Shown here one piece after another: positions 51,049-61,847 of a DNA stretch of 64,000 nt. Under the pieces are notes generated by a model, which ran no database searches, was not told the DNA's origin, and saw nothing but the letters and a program-made list of their open reading frames with translations. The DNA is taken from the IMG/VR virus record IMGVR_UViG_3300043120_000039, positions 32,001 through 96,000 of that record; one strand, written 5' to 3'. Positions within the stretch are counted from its first letter, which is position 1; every line of letters begins with the position of its first letter. This stretch comes from a virus (Duplodnaviria > Caudoviricetes). Position numbers and translations under genes: made by a program.

Positions 51049-51456
51049 GTGAAATGTGTTATTAACTTAGAAAACTACTTTAAAGATTATACCTCTAAAA
51101 TACTTTGGAAGAAGACTTCCGCATTAGCACAAGTGATCCCGTATATTTTAAGTGACTATTTTCCAGAATTATCCGTGCTGCACTTAGACAAAAAGAATTT
51201 GGTGTGTCTTGAGGATTTTCAAGGTAATCGTTGGAAGGTTTGGTGTTCTAGGGATAATACTTTTGACATATCTCCATCATTAACTAAGGGTTTTGGACGT
51301 AGTAAAGATGGTACAGATATATTGAGTGATGCTAAGGAGAATTATTCTGGTTGTATTTTTATCAACTTGAAAGATGTTTATAGTGTTAAACTTTGGTTTA
51401 AAGATTGGAGATCCTTGGAAGTGTCTGAGAAAGGTAAGGTGTTTTTAGATGAGTAA
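51049..51456 (+). CDS. small protein with possible restriction-endonuclease-like fold, coupled to MTase
   Basis: LEDFQGNRWKV...SPS..KG.GR; overlaps MTase start. Confidence 0.4.
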   Translation: MKCVINLENYFKDYTSKILWKKTSALAQVIPYILSDYFPELSVLHLDKKNLVCLEDFQGNRWKVWCSRDNTFDISPSLTKGFGRSKDGTDILSDAKENYSGCIFINLKDVYSVKLWFKDWRSLEVSEKGKVFLDE

Positions 51457-52204
51457 AAAGAATTCTCTCGATCAATACTATACGCGCCCAGAGGTTGCTC
51501 AATATTGCTTATCACTACTAACAAATTATCTAGGTAAGACAGATTATACTTTCGTAGAACCCAGTGCAGGGTGTGGAGCGTTCTTGGATAATAGCCTGAC
51601 ATGGGAAGCTTACGATCTTGAACCTAAACACGAAAGCGTAGTAAAATCTGATTTTTTTGATATATATGATCTTGAGAACAAAATTGTAGTAGGAAATCCA
51701 CCTTTTGGTTTTGCAAGTTCTTTAGCTCTAAAATTTATTAACCACTCGGAAAAATATGGGGCTACTGTTATTGCGTTTATCTTACCAAAAACTTTTAAGA
51801 AGGTATTGTTCCAAGAGAAAGTTTCCCATAATTTATCTGTTGCTTTAGAGGTGGATTTACCTGATAATAGCTTCATTCTTAATGGAGTGGTTTACAATGT
51901 CCCTTGTGTATTTCAAATATGGGTTCGTAAACCTAGAGAAGTTTTAAAGTTTAATAAATATCTTGAAAAAGGTAATCCAGAGGATTATGATTTCACAATT
52001 AGACGTGTTGGTGGAAGGGCAGGTAAAGTCATTAGTTTAGATGAGTTTACTGCATCAAGTAGTCTTTACGTGAAAGGAGATTTAAACCTTATAGAAAAAT
52101 ACCAAGATTTAATATGCAAAGAGGCTTCTTACACAGCAGGTGTTATGAGTATAACTCTAGATGAAATCAATTATATTATAACAAATAAGGAGAAAGTAAG
52201 TTGA
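51449..52204 (+). CDS. amino (N6A/N4C) DNA methyltransferase
   Basis: DQYYT, EPSAGCGAF, GNPPFG. Confidence 0.88.
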   Translation: MSKKNSLDQYYTRPEVAQYCLSLLTNYLGKTDYTFVEPSAGCGAFLDNSLTWEAYDLEPKHESVVKSDFFDIYDLENKIVVGNPPFGFASSLALKFINHSEKYGATVIAFILPKTFKKVLFQEKVSHNLSVALEVDLPDNSFILNGVVYNVPCVFQIWVRKPREVLKFNKYLEKGNPEDYDFTIRRVGGRAGKVISLDEFTASSSLYVKGDLNLIEKYQDLICKEASYTAGVMSITLDEINYIITNKEKVS

Positions 52205-53079
52205 CAATCAATATCACAAAACGTGATGGTAGCCTAGAACCTATCAATCTAGAGAAAATCCATAAAATGATCACTGGTTGTGCAGAAGGTCTGGATGTTT
52301 CAGTATCCCAAGTGGAACTTAAATCTCAAATTCAGTTCTATGATGGTATTAAGAGTGAAGATATTCAAAAGGTCATTATTAAGACAGCAGCAGATTTGAT
52401 TTCAGTGCAAAACCCAGATTATCAATATCTCGCCGCAAGACTAGCAATCTCTGATATTCGTAAACGTGTATACGGTCAATTTGAACCTTGTAGTTTATAC
52501 GATCTAGTTACTAAAAATATTCAACTAGGTGTTTATGATGAACATATTCTTAAAGATTATACCAAAGAAGATATTGATGAGTTGGACGCTTGTATCCAAC
52601 ATGATCGAGATAAGAACTTAGCTTATGCTGCGGTAAAGCAGATGGAGGGTAAGTATCTGGTACAAAATCGTGTCACAGGACAGTTGTACGAATCACCTCA
52701 GATATTATATATGTTAGTAGGTATGTGCTTATTTTCTAAAGAGTCTGATAACCAGGTACGGATGCAAAAGGTCAGAAAGTGGTATGATGCTACATCTACT
52801 TTTTCAATCTCACTACCCACCCCAATCATGGGGGGTGTACGTACACCAACAAGACAGTTTTCATCTTGTACTTTGATTGAGAGTGGGGATAGTTTAGATT
52901 CAATTAATGCAACGTCAGCAGCAATTGTAAAATATGTATCTCAACGGGCTGGTATTGGTATTAATGCTGGAGCTATCCGAGCAGAAGGATCTTCTATTCG
53001 TAATGGTTCTGCCGTACACACAGGTTGTATCCCGTTTTATAAGCATTTTCAGTCAGCAGTAAAAAGTTGTTCACAAGGT
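52201..53079 (+). CDS. nrdA: class Ia ribonucleotide reductase alpha subunit, exon 1
   Basis: ATP cone ITKRDG, PTPIM, QFSSC, ends KSCSQG. Confidence 0.95.
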
Positions 53080-54115
53080 TATTAATAGCCGTGTGGTGTG
53101 GAAACATACCATATTATGAGTTCCTAAATTGCTGGGAAGCCATAAAGCTTAAGTGCTACAACATGACCTGTAAAGGTGAGTGTGAATGCTTAAAAAACTT
53201 AAGATATTACAATTGGTAATCAGCAGCTAAGACCCTATAATCTTCTTTAAAAATAGGAGGTTATATTGGAGAATTGGAAAACTATACCTTTTGAGGAAAA
53301 TTACGAAGTCTCTGATTTAGGGAATATTCGGAATAGAACTACTAAGGTATTAAAAAGCTTAAGGTATGATAGGTCAGGTTACCTTAGAGTAACACTATAC
53401 CCGTCGGGGAAAACTTATTCTATTCATAGGTTAGTCGGTAGAGTGTGGTTGTCAGACACTTTCGAAGAATCCCTACAAATAGACCATTTGAATGCAGTAA
53501 GAGATGACAATCGTGTATGTAATCTTGAGTGGGTGACACAAAAAGAAAATGCAAGAAGGATTAAAAACAGACACGATGTATCTGGAGAGAATAATCCAAT
53601 GTCAACAATAACGGAAGATGTAGCTTTTATGGTAAAATATAGTTTTGATAAAACTATAAAGGAAATTGCCAAAGAGTTTATTGTGTCACGGGGTCTAGTT
53701 GAACACATCCGTAGAAGAGAGTGTTGGAAACACGTAGTTGACTCTGAAAAGGAATCAAAATTTCTTTCAGGAGAGTTGGATTACCCAAGAGAAAAGACCG
53801 CAAATCTTCGTAAGTCTGTTAGAGAAGCTTTGATATTAGATATTATCGAAGGTAGACTCTCTAACAAGGAGTTACAGAAGAAGTATGGTATATCTAGGTC
53901 ATCAGTATGTAGAACAAAGAAGTTATACTTAAGTAAAGTTTGAAGATTATAGGGTAAAGTTCAACGACTATCCCAAAGGGGAGTAGGGGTAAGCACTCCG
54001 AAACAGGAACCTCCGTAGTAAAATTACCGGAGAAGATATAGTCTAGTCTGCATGGAGACATGTAGCAGTTCATAAGAGAACGGGATGATACTAGCGCAAT
54101 CATTCGAATATAACG
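53080..54115 (+). mobile_element. group I intron (1036 nt) in nrdA carrying an HNH ORF
   Basis: P AAAUUGCUGGGAA, Q AAUCAGCAGC, R GUUCAACGACUA, S AAGAUAUAGUCU; P1 GGU/GCC; terminal G; splice gives CSQG|ALRGGSATLFYPMW. Confidence 0.93.
53266..53943 (+). CDS. intron-encoded NUMOD4-HNH homing endonuclease
   Basis: WKTIP...YEVSDLG, HRLV, IDH.N..RDDN...NLEW. Confidence 0.92.
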   Translation: MENWKTIPFEENYEVSDLGNIRNRTTKVLKSLRYDRSGYLRVTLYPSGKTYSIHRLVGRVWLSDTFEESLQIDHLNAVRDDNRVCNLEWVTQKENARRIKNRHDVSGENNPMSTITEDVAFMVKYSFDKTIKEIAKEFIVSRGLVEHIRRRECWKHVVDSEKESKFLSGELDYPREKTANLRKSVREALILDIIEGRLSNKELQKKYGISRSSVCRTKKLYLSKV

Positions 54116-55513
54116 GCATTAAGAGGTGGGTCTGCGACCCTATTTTATCCAATGTGGCACCTAGAGTTTGAAAGTTTAGTTGTACTCAAAAACAATCGTG
54201 GTGTTGATGAAAACCGTGTACGTCATATGGATTATGGTGTACAAATTAATAAGCTTATGTACCAACGCTTGGTAGAGGGAGGGGAAATCACATTTTTCTC
54301 ACCATCTGATGTAGAAGGTTTGTACGATGCTTTCTTCCAAGATCAAGCCTTGTTTGAAAAATTGTATATTGAAGCGGAAAGTAACCCTAGTATCCGTAAG
54401 AAAAAAGTAAAAGCTGTAGAAGCATTCTCTTGGTTAATGAATGAACGAGCCTCTACAGGACGAATTTATATCCAGAATGTAGACCATTGTAATATTAATA
54501 GTCCATTTGATGAGAACGTAAGTCCTTGTAAACAAAGCAATTTATGTTTAGAAATCATACTACCTACAAAACCTTTAATGAATGTTAATGATGAAGATGG
54601 TGAAGTTGCACTTTGTACACTTGCGGCTTTCAATCTTGGTAAGATTGAATCTTTAGATGATTTCGAGGAACTTGCTGAACTTATTGTGGAAGCATTAGAT
54701 AATCTTCTTGATTACCAAAGTTATCCACTTCCAGCGGCTTATCGGTCAACCATGGATAGACGTACGTTAGGTGTTGGTGTGATTGATTTTGCTCATTATC
54801 TGGCTAAGAATGGGGTTAAGTATTCGGATGGTAGTGCTAACAATCTTGTGCACCGTACGTTTGAAGCTATGCAATATTACCTGATTAAAGCCTCTGTTAA
54901 ACTGGCAAAAGAGAAAGGCAAATGTCCTAAGTTTGATGAAACAAAATGGGCAAAAGGTATCATGCCTATTGACAGACACAAAGCTGCTGTAGATACTTTA
55001 CATAATGAGACTCTACATTATGACTGGGATAATCTTCGTAAAGATGTTGTTAAATATGGAATGCGTAACTCAACGCTTTCAGCTTTGATGCCTGCAGAAA
55101 CATCTGCCCAGATTTCTAACTCAACTAACGGTATTGAACCACCTCGTGGTTATGTATCTGTTAAAGCTTCTAAGGATGGAATCCTTAAACAAGTTGTGCC
55201 TGAGTTTGAAAAACTAAAAGATAATTATGAGTTGCTGTGGGAAATCCCATCAAACAAAGGTTATCTTGAGCTAGTAAGTATTATGCAAAAGTTTGTATGT
55301 CAATCCATTTCGGCCAACACCAACTACGACCCAAGTCGTTATGAAAGTGGTAAAGTACCAATGAAACAATTACTGCAAGATTTGTTGACAGCATATAAAC
55401 TTGGTGTTAAAACTCTCTATTATCATAACACTCGTGATGGTGCTTCTGATACACAAGATGAAGTTATTATCCAAGAAGATGATTCATGTGATAGTGGTGC
55501 TTGTAAGATTTAA
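54116..55513 (+). CDS. nrdA: class Ia ribonucleotide reductase alpha subunit, exon 2
   Basis: SNLCLE, CTL, MPAETS, KTLYY, C-terminal CDSGAC. Confidence 0.95.
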   Translation, partial: ALRGGSATLFYPMWHLEFESLVVLKNNRGVDENRVRHMDYGVQINKLMYQRLVEGGEITFFSPSDVEGLYDAFFQDQALFEKLYIEAESNPSIRKKKVKAVEAFSWLMNERASTGRIYIQNVDHCNINSPFDENVSPCKQSNLCLEIILPTKPLMNVNDEDGEVALCTLAAFNLGKIESLDDFEELAELIVEALDNLLDYQSYPLPAAYRSTMDRRTLGVGVIDFAHYLAKNGVKYSDGSANNLVHRTFEAMQYYLIKASVKLAKEKGKCPKFDETKWAKGIMPIDRHKAAVDTLHNETLHYDWDNLRKDVVKYGMRNSTLSALMPAETSAQISNSTNGIEPPRGYVSVKASKDGILKQVVPEFEKLKDNYELLWEIPSNKGYLELVSIMQKFVCQSISANTNYDPSRYESGKVPMKQLLQDLLTAYKLGVKTLYYHNTRDGASDTQDEVIIQEDDSCDSGACKI

Positions 55514-55519
55514 ATATTG

Positions 55520-55544
55520 TGAGGGTTGGAATACACCCTCTTTT
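55520..55544 (+). terminator. terminator-like hairpin between nrdA and nrdB
   Basis: GAGGGT-loop-ACCCTC-TTTT. Confidence 0.5.
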
Positions 55545-55557
55545 AAAAGGAGAATAA

Positions 55558-56658
55558 ATGACATACTCAGTTTTTAATCAGAATAAAAATGACCAACTTA
55601 AAGAACCTATGTTCTTCGGACAATCTGTTAATGTATCTCGTTATGATCAACAAAAACACACTATTTTTGAAAAACTTATTGAAAAGCAGTTGTCCTTCTT
55701 TTGGAGACCAGAGGAGATTGATGTATCTAAAGACCGTATCGACTACCAAAAACTGCCTGAACATGAACGACACATCTTTACATCTAATTTGAAGTATCAG
55801 ACATTGCTAGACTCTATTCAAGGCCGTAGTCCTAATGTAGCTCTACTGCCGATTGTATCTCTACCTGAACTAGAGACTTGGATTGAAACATGGTCATTCT
55901 CGGAAACAATTCACTCACGTTCGTATACACATATTATTCGTAATATTGTAACAGACCCTTCTGTCATCTTTGATGATATAGTGACTAACGAGGAGATTAT
56001 TAAACGAGCATCTAGTGTAAGTAAGTATTATGATGAACTAATTGAACTGTCCCAATTGTGGCAGCGAGGGGAGTTTTATGATCTGAATGATATTAAAAAG
56101 AAACTATACCTGTGCTTGATGTCTATTAATATTCTTGAAGCGATTCGCTTCTATGTAAGCTTCGCTTGCTCGTTTGCTTTCGCAGAACGTGAGTTGATGG
56201 AAGGTAATGCGAAAATTATCAAGCTAATTGCTCGTGATGAAGCACTCCACCTTGCCGGAACTCAACAAATGATTAATATTCTACGAAATGGTCAGGATGA
56301 TCTATCTTTCATGCAGATTGGTTTTGAACTAGAACAAGAATGTTATAACATGTTTGTTGAAGCGGCTGAACAAGAGAAAGAATGGGCAGAATATCTGTTC
56401 AAAGACGGTTCAATGATCGGTTTGAATAAAGATATCCTGTGCCAGTACGTGGAGTACATCACTAACATCCGTATGAAAGCTGTAGGATTAAAACCAGCCT
56501 TTGATGGTGTAACAAAGAATCCAATTCCATGGATTAATTCTTGGCTGACCTCGGACAACGTGCAAGTTGCACCACAGGAAACTGAAATCAACTCTTACTT
56601 GGTGGGGCAAATTGATAGTGTAGTACATGAAGAAGACTTTAAAGATTTTGAACTATAA
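55558..56658 (+). CDS. nrdB: ribonucleotide reductase beta subunit
   Basis: [33 protein letters not shown]. Confidence 0.97.
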   Translation: MTYSVFNQNKNDQLKEPMFFGQSVNVSRYDQQKHTIFEKLIEKQLSFFWRPEEIDVSKDRIDYQKLPEHERHIFTSNLKYQTLLDSIQGRSPNVALLPIVSLPELETWIETWSFSETIHSRSYTHIIRNIVTDPSVIFDDIVTNEEIIKRASSVSKYYDELIELSQLWQRGEFYDLNDIKKKLYLCLMSINILEAIRFYVSFACSFAFAERELMEGNAKIIKLIARDEALHLAGTQQMINILRNGQDDLSFMQIGFELEQECYNMFVEAAEQEKEWAEYLFKDGSMIGLNKDILCQYVEYITNIRMKAVGLKPAFDGVTKNPIPWINSWLTSDNVQVAPQETEINSYLVGQIDSVVHEEDFKDFEL

Positions 56659-56725
56659 CTCTTGACACCAACCATACCTTAACCTATGATGAAAAGGAAT
56701 TCATCGTTCAACCAAAGGAGATTTT

Positions 56726-57220
56726 ATGAAAAAGTATGTTACTTTCAATAAATATAACGATATTCTTGATGTATGGGCTGGAGTTCTTGAACACGATAAA
56801 GATTATCTATTAATTGGATATATTAATAAAAATAGTCAAGAACTTTCTTTAACCACTTATACTGTTCGTGTTGGTAATAAGGATGTTGATATCAATTCAT
56901 CTTTCTTCTACCCAGAACCCTCTCGTGAAGAGTTACTTCCACCAAAAGCATATGTTGAGGAAGAAGAATCCAGTTTTGACAATCTGGTGCGTTCGGATTA
57001 TGTAATCCAAGAAGGTGATTACTTTGTTCTTAACAAGCTATCAGAAGAACAGAAAAAGTTTTTGTCGAAAGAGTTGCCTGTTTACGGTGAAGGATTCTTT
57101 TCTGCACATTATAATCATTGTTATTATGACTATGAACAAGAATTTGTAGCTTGTAGTGGATTTGGTATCGAAGGTAAAGAACTTTCATTCAACCTACTAT
57201 TTGTAGAAAAATCCTCATGA
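56726..57220 (+). CDS. hypothetical protein
   Basis: own promoter (TTGACA 56662...TATGAT) and AAGGAG SD. Confidence 0.6.
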   Translation: MKKYVTFNKYNDILDVWAGVLEHDKDYLLIGYINKNSQELSLTTYTVRVGNKDVDINSSFFYPEPSREELLPPKAYVEEEESSFDNLVRSDYVIQEGDYFVLNKLSEEQKKFLSKELPVYGEGFFSAHYNHCYYDYEQEFVACSGFGIEGKELSFNLLFVEKSS

Positions 57221-57397
57221 AACTTCGTTTCAACAAAGGAGACACTCTTGTAGCAACAAACCTTTCTACACAAGAGCAAGTATCTTTTATCTGCCCAGCA
57301 GATGGAATGTGCAAGCAAATGTTAACAAGGTATGTTGTTATGAGATTGAATTTACCGAAAGGTGATTATTTGTTTACTAAGCAATGAGAGGTAGTAA

Positions 57398-57919
57398 ATG
57401 GCTAAATTTGAGCCAAAGTATTTTTCTAAAACTTTAGAAGGCTTTGCTAAAGAAGTTCTTCCACCAAAAGTATTTGCTAAGGATGGGATTCAAGGTCTAC
57501 GACGATTCGACCAACGCATCCTGGAGTTCCTAGATGAGTTTCGACATGATTGTGATGTACCTCTTACAGTTAATACCCCTTGGAATGGTACATTTACACA
57601 AAGCGGTTTGCGTGATGATGAATTCTATGGAAGTTATGAAAAACACTTCTGGTCATTATCAGACCATTCTCGTGGAGCTGCTGTAGATGTGAAATGTGAT
57701 AAAGGTGGTGTATGGTTACGTAAGAAGTTTATTGAGAGGGAACAATACTACTACGATAAATATAGTGTTTGTTTCGTAGAGACTGGACCACTTAAAAACG
57801 GAAGCCAAATGTCTTGGGCACACTTTTCAATCAGAACTGACCTATTTGGAGAGGTAAAATACTGGTCACCAAAACTAGGTTACATTTCAAAAGAAAAAGT
57901 TCTTAAAGATAATCTATAA
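57398..57919 (+). CDS. peptidase M15-type endolysin
   Basis: SGLR, SDHSRGAAVD, WAH. Confidence 0.75.
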   Translation: MAKFEPKYFSKTLEGFAKEVLPPKVFAKDGIQGLRRFDQRILEFLDEFRHDCDVPLTVNTPWNGTFTQSGLRDDEFYGSYEKHFWSLSDHSRGAAVDVKCDKGGVWLRKKFIEREQYYYDKYSVCFVETGPLKNGSQMSWAHFSIRTDLFGEVKYWSPKLGYISKEKVLKDNL

Positions 57920-57932
57920 CACCAAGGGAGGT

Positions 57933-58721
57933 GTGTACATGGCTAAACAAAATCGTCGTGCAGTTCAAGATCGTCGTGATGCTAAGAAAGAAGGACGTAC
58001 CCGACAAGAAGTTCAACCACAGAAGTTTCAGGAAGAACGTAAAGCAAGTGTAATTCCTTTGACGGCTAAGAATGAGAACCAGAAAAAAGCTTTACAACTT
58101 ATGGCGACTAAACAGTGTACCGTACTATTAGGAAGTGCAGGCTCAGGCAAAAGTGAATTGATGGGGTGGCACGCATCTAAGCGTTGGTTGGAAGGTGATG
58201 TAGAGAATATTATGATTACTCGCCCAAACAAAGTCCTTGGTAATGAGGCTGGTCATATCCCCGGTAATGATTTTATGAAGATGCTTCCTTTCTGTATGAG
58301 TGTTCTCTTGAAACTTAAAAAATATCTTGGTGCGGGTATTCTGAAGAATAATCTTCGCACAGAAGATGTGGATGTCCTTTTCAATGAACAAGCTGGAATT
58401 CAAATTGTAAGCCTAGAGAAATTACAAGGTATCAGTGTCTCACCAACATCAATCCTAATTGCTGAGGAGATTCAGAATGCCACTGTTGCACAAGTAAAGT
58501 CCCTGCTTACCCGCATGGAAGAAGGTGCACAAATTATTATTACTGGTGATGTTACACAGTCCGCATTAACTGGGGAGAATGGCCTAAGTTACCTATTGCG
58601 TAAGATTAAGACTCACCCACATGACGAGGTAGGTTTCGTAGAATTTACACCCGATGATTGTTGTCGTCTAGGAGTCTCTGCACACTTCACCAAAGTATTT
58701 GAACAAGATGGTCAGTGGTAA
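57933..58721 (+). CDS. phoH: PhoH-family ATPase
   Basis: GSAGSGKS, ITRP, G..PG, EEIQN, LLTR, GD.TQ. Confidence 0.9.
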   Translation: MYMAKQNRRAVQDRRDAKKEGRTRQEVQPQKFQEERKASVIPLTAKNENQKKALQLMATKQCTVLLGSAGSGKSELMGWHASKRWLEGDVENIMITRPNKVLGNEAGHIPGNDFMKMLPFCMSVLLKLKKYLGAGILKNNLRTEDVDVLFNEQAGIQIVSLEKLQGISVSPTSILIAEEIQNATVAQVKSLLTRMEEGAQIIITGDVTQSALTGENGLSYLLRKIKTHPHDEVGFVEFTPDDCCRLGVSAHFTKVFEQDGQW

Positions 58722-58793
58722 TCAAATAACCTCTTGACAACACTTCCAGATGCTATATACTCAAAACTGAATCAACCAAAGAGGAGTAATATT

Positions 58794-59255
58794 ATGGCAT
58801 CTGGTCTTGTTAAAACTTGGAAAATTAAGAATCTACTTGATAACAATTATCCACACCCTGATGATTTGGAACCTAAACTTAATCAGAAAGTAGCTGAATT
58901 TGCAAAGCAATATGAGAATAACCTTCTCAAAGAGAATGACTCTTTTGTAACACGAATCTTTCATAAACGTGAATTAACCTTTTCAGAATCAGAAGCTATT
59001 TCTTGCACAAGTGCGAAAGATGTAATGAACTTACCAGATTGGGTGGATTTTCCTTGCAAGAAACAAATTGTTGATGTTTTCAAAGATATTCAAGATTTGC
59101 GAAAGATTCTAAACATCAAAGCAGTAGGTTCACGTTCTGAAGATTTTCATGTTATGGCAGAATTGTGGGAACTTCTTGCAATTGACAGAGTTTTAGATAA
59201 CAAAGAGTATTATATGGAAATGGATTTTGTTATTGATGAAATTGAGTATGAATAA
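58794..59255 (+). CDS. hypothetical protein (ATG 58794; the TTG at 58734 is a -35 box)
   Basis: GAGGAG SD; TTGACA-17-TATACT promoter upstream. Confidence 0.6.
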   Translation: MASGLVKTWKIKNLLDNNYPHPDDLEPKLNQKVAEFAKQYENNLLKENDSFVTRIFHKRELTFSESEAISCTSAKDVMNLPDWVDFPCKKQIVDVFKDIQDLRKILNIKAVGSRSEDFHVMAELWELLAIDRVLDNKEYYMEMDFVIDEIEYE

Positions 59256-59264
59256 ATAGAGGAG

Positions 59265-60146
59265 ATGTTTATGACTTGTATTGTAGGTGTAATTAAAGAA
59301 GGTCATGTTTGGATGGCAGGTGACTTGATGGGGTCGAATGGATTTACTCATAAGGTATACCCTGATACTAAAGTGTTCCAAAACGGTGAATTCATTTTTG
59401 GATATTGTGGATCTTTCCGTGTAGGTCAAATTCTCCAATATAACTGGGAGCAACCACCACGTATGGAAGGTATGACTGATCGAGAGTACCTTCAACTGGA
59501 TGTCATTGAAAGTTTCCGAACAACACTAGCTAACTATGGGGTTGGGGAATTCCGAGAAGGTGAGCACCAAGGTGGTAACTTCTTAATTGGTTATCGTGGA
59601 GGTCTATATGAAATGCAACCTAATTTCAGTATTTTGAAGAATGAAGATTTTGCTTCAATTGGTAGTGGCTCTTACCATGCAGACGCAGCACTTAAAGTTC
59701 TTACTGAAGATAATGATTTTGACCCTGCTTATGTTCTTCAGAAGGCTATCCAAACAGCTAGTTACTTTACAAACAGTGTTAGTGAAGAATGTACTATTGT
59801 AACTACTGATGTTGAAGCTATCGAACGTATGGAAGAAGATGAGAAAAATCTTGAACAAGAACTTGAAGCTATGTTCGCAGAATCTCTCCCCAAAGACAAA
59901 TTGGAAACTCTAGATAAATCTACCTTGATTCGTCTAATTACAGGTGAAATGGAAGATGAAGAATTTGATTCAATCTTTGGTGACTATAATGAACTACCTG
60001 TAGATTTGGAAGTTATCAAAACCACACAAGACATGTCTATGTTGAAATCTCTTGCTGATACTTTATCAGTTAAATATTCACATAATATCGGAATTGAAAA
60101 ACTTCGCTCTCGTATCCTAGATACACTTGACACTGTAGAAGATTAA
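59265..60146 (+). CDS. HslV/proteasome-like Ntn protease with acidic C-terminal extension
   Basis: MTCIVG, GD, KVF, GYCGS, SIGSGS. Confidence 0.8.
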   Translation: MFMTCIVGVIKEGHVWMAGDLMGSNGFTHKVYPDTKVFQNGEFIFGYCGSFRVGQILQYNWEQPPRMEGMTDREYLQLDVIESFRTTLANYGVGEFREGEHQGGNFLIGYRGGLYEMQPNFSILKNEDFASIGSGSYHADAALKVLTEDNDFDPAYVLQKAIQTASYFTNSVSEECTIVTTDVEAIERMEEDEKNLEQELEAMFAESLPKDKLETLDKSTLIRLITGEMEDEEFDSIFGDYNELPVDLEVIKTTQDMSMLKSLADTLSVKYSHNIGIEKLRSRILDTLDTVED

Positions 60147-60154
60147 TGCACAAT

Positions 60155-60188
60155 AGCTCTATCTGTAAAAAGATAGGGCTTTTATTTT
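60155..60188 (+). terminator. rho-independent terminator
   Basis: AGCTCTATCT-loop-AGATAGGGCT-TTTATTTT. Confidence 0.75.
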
Positions 60189-60202
60189 AATAGGAGAACA
60201 CA

Positions 60203-60721
60203 ATGCTTAATACAACAACACTTTGTCACCTATATTGTGACTTCTGTAAACAAGGTACTTTGCCAACAAAAGGTTCAGCTCAAGGATTTATTAATCTTGT
60301 AACAAATAGTTTCTTTTTGCCAGTATTCCTTGCTTTTATTGTCAAGGAGAATTATTCTGTTCAGCAGTTTGAAGATTGGGAGAATGAAACTTTTATGGAC
60401 GGAAGTCCTGATACTTTCTTTGAAGATGTTGAACATGCTTTTAAAATGATGGATAATTGAATGAAACAATCTAAGCTTATTGGCAAAACTATCGAAGATT
60501 TCATCCATGACGTTATATTTGAGTATATCACAGAGATTAACTTCAGAGATGGTGAACAGCTTGAATATATGCTGTCTGACTTTGAAGAAAGAGTACGTTC
60601 CAATGCTATTTACGAACTCGAGGAGAAGTGTACAATACTTGAGGATGACTTACAATCTGCAGAAAGTCGTATTGATTATTTAGAAGATTTATTACAGGAG
60701 AATGAAATTGAGTATGAATAA
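60203..60721 (+). CDS. two hypothetical ORFs (60203-60460; 60461-60721 coiled coil)
   Basis: co-oriented ORFs. Confidence 0.55.
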
Positions 60722-60732
60722 AGGAGATAACT

Positions 60733-61545
60733 TTGCCTAAGAATCCTATTAAAAAGAAGTCAAAAGATGATAAATTTTACACTAAACCTGCTGTTGCTAA
60801 AGAATGTATAGATTTCCTAAAGTGTTTTATTAAAGATGACATCCTTTGGGTAGAACCGTCTGCTGGCAATGGTAGTTTCTCTTTACAAGTAGATTGTATA
60901 GCTTATGATATAAAGCCTGAGAGTGAAAACATTATACAACAAGATTGGTTGTCATATAAACATACTTCTTCAGGTGAATGGGTAATGTTTGGTAATCCAC
61001 CCTTTGGTAGTAGGAACATGTTGACTAAAAAGTTCATCTTAAAAGGTATTGAGCAGGGGTGTACCTATATTGGTTTTGTACTCCCTTCTGTATTTGAGAA
61101 ATATACCAGTCAGAAAGTATTCCCTGATAATTGGAAACTGTTAGGGGAAATGATACTCCCTGTTAATAGCTTCTTACTTGATGGGGAAGATTATCATGTA
61201 CCTTGTGTTTTTCAAGTTTGGTCATGTTCGGAAGATTTCACACAAAACTATCGTAAGGTTAAAGGTAAAGAGTTTACAGACAAGTTCTCTTTTGTGAAGA
61301 AACATGAATGTCCAGACTTATTTATGTTTGGTGCAGCCCCAACAAAACTGATATCACCAGATGAAGTTTGTAAAAATAATAGAGGATATTACTTGACAAC
61401 GCAATCACCACTTGATACATTCATATCACAAGTTAAAGCTATTAACTGGAAACAATATGGTAAATCTTCTGTCAATGGTGGCGTAAGTTGGTTTACTAAA
61501 TCAGAAATTATTGAAATTTGGGAGAAACATTATGGAAGCGAATAA
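60733..61545 (+). CDS. amino DNA methyltransferase, paralog of 51449-52204
   Basis: DKFYT, EPSAGNGSF, GNPPFG, shared NSF.L.G..Y.VPCVFQ.W. Confidence 0.88.
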   Translation: MPKNPIKKKSKDDKFYTKPAVAKECIDFLKCFIKDDILWVEPSAGNGSFSLQVDCIAYDIKPESENIIQQDWLSYKHTSSGEWVMFGNPPFGSRNMLTKKFILKGIEQGCTYIGFVLPSVFEKYTSQKVFPDNWKLLGEMILPVNSFLLDGEDYHVPCVFQVWSCSEDFTQNYRKVKGKEFTDKFSFVKKHECPDLFMFGAAPTKLISPDEVCKNNRGYYLTTQSPLDTFISQVKAINWKQYGKSSVNGGVSWFTKSEIIEIWEKHYGSE

Positions 61546-61831
61546 CATTTCACGTAAAATTGCTAAAGAGGTTGCTGTTAAAATGGGTTGGGTGCAAGAG
61601 GGTAATAGTAATTTCTTCCGCAACACTCAAGGTAAATTAATCAATATCACAGTATCAACATCCGGCACTGTAGAATCACGACAATTCCGTAAAGATTGTG
61701 ATTATCTTGTGAGCTATGATACAAAAACTAAGAAAGTTTCAATCTACCGCAATCAAGACCTTAAACTTTCAAGCGTTACTCGGATTGGGGCTGATGGTGT
61801 TGTGTACTACCAAGCACGACCAAAGTTTTAA
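61532..61831 (+). CDS. small basic protein coupled to MTase
   Basis: overlaps MTase stop; alpha/beta pattern ending CDYLVSYD. Confidence 0.5.
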   Translation: MEANNISRKIAKEVAVKMGWVQEGNSNFFRNTQGKLINITVSTSGTVESRQFRKDCDYLVSYDTKTKKVSIYRNQDLKLSSVTRIGADGVVYYQARPKF

Positions 61832-61847
61832 GTAGAAGGATTATTTT

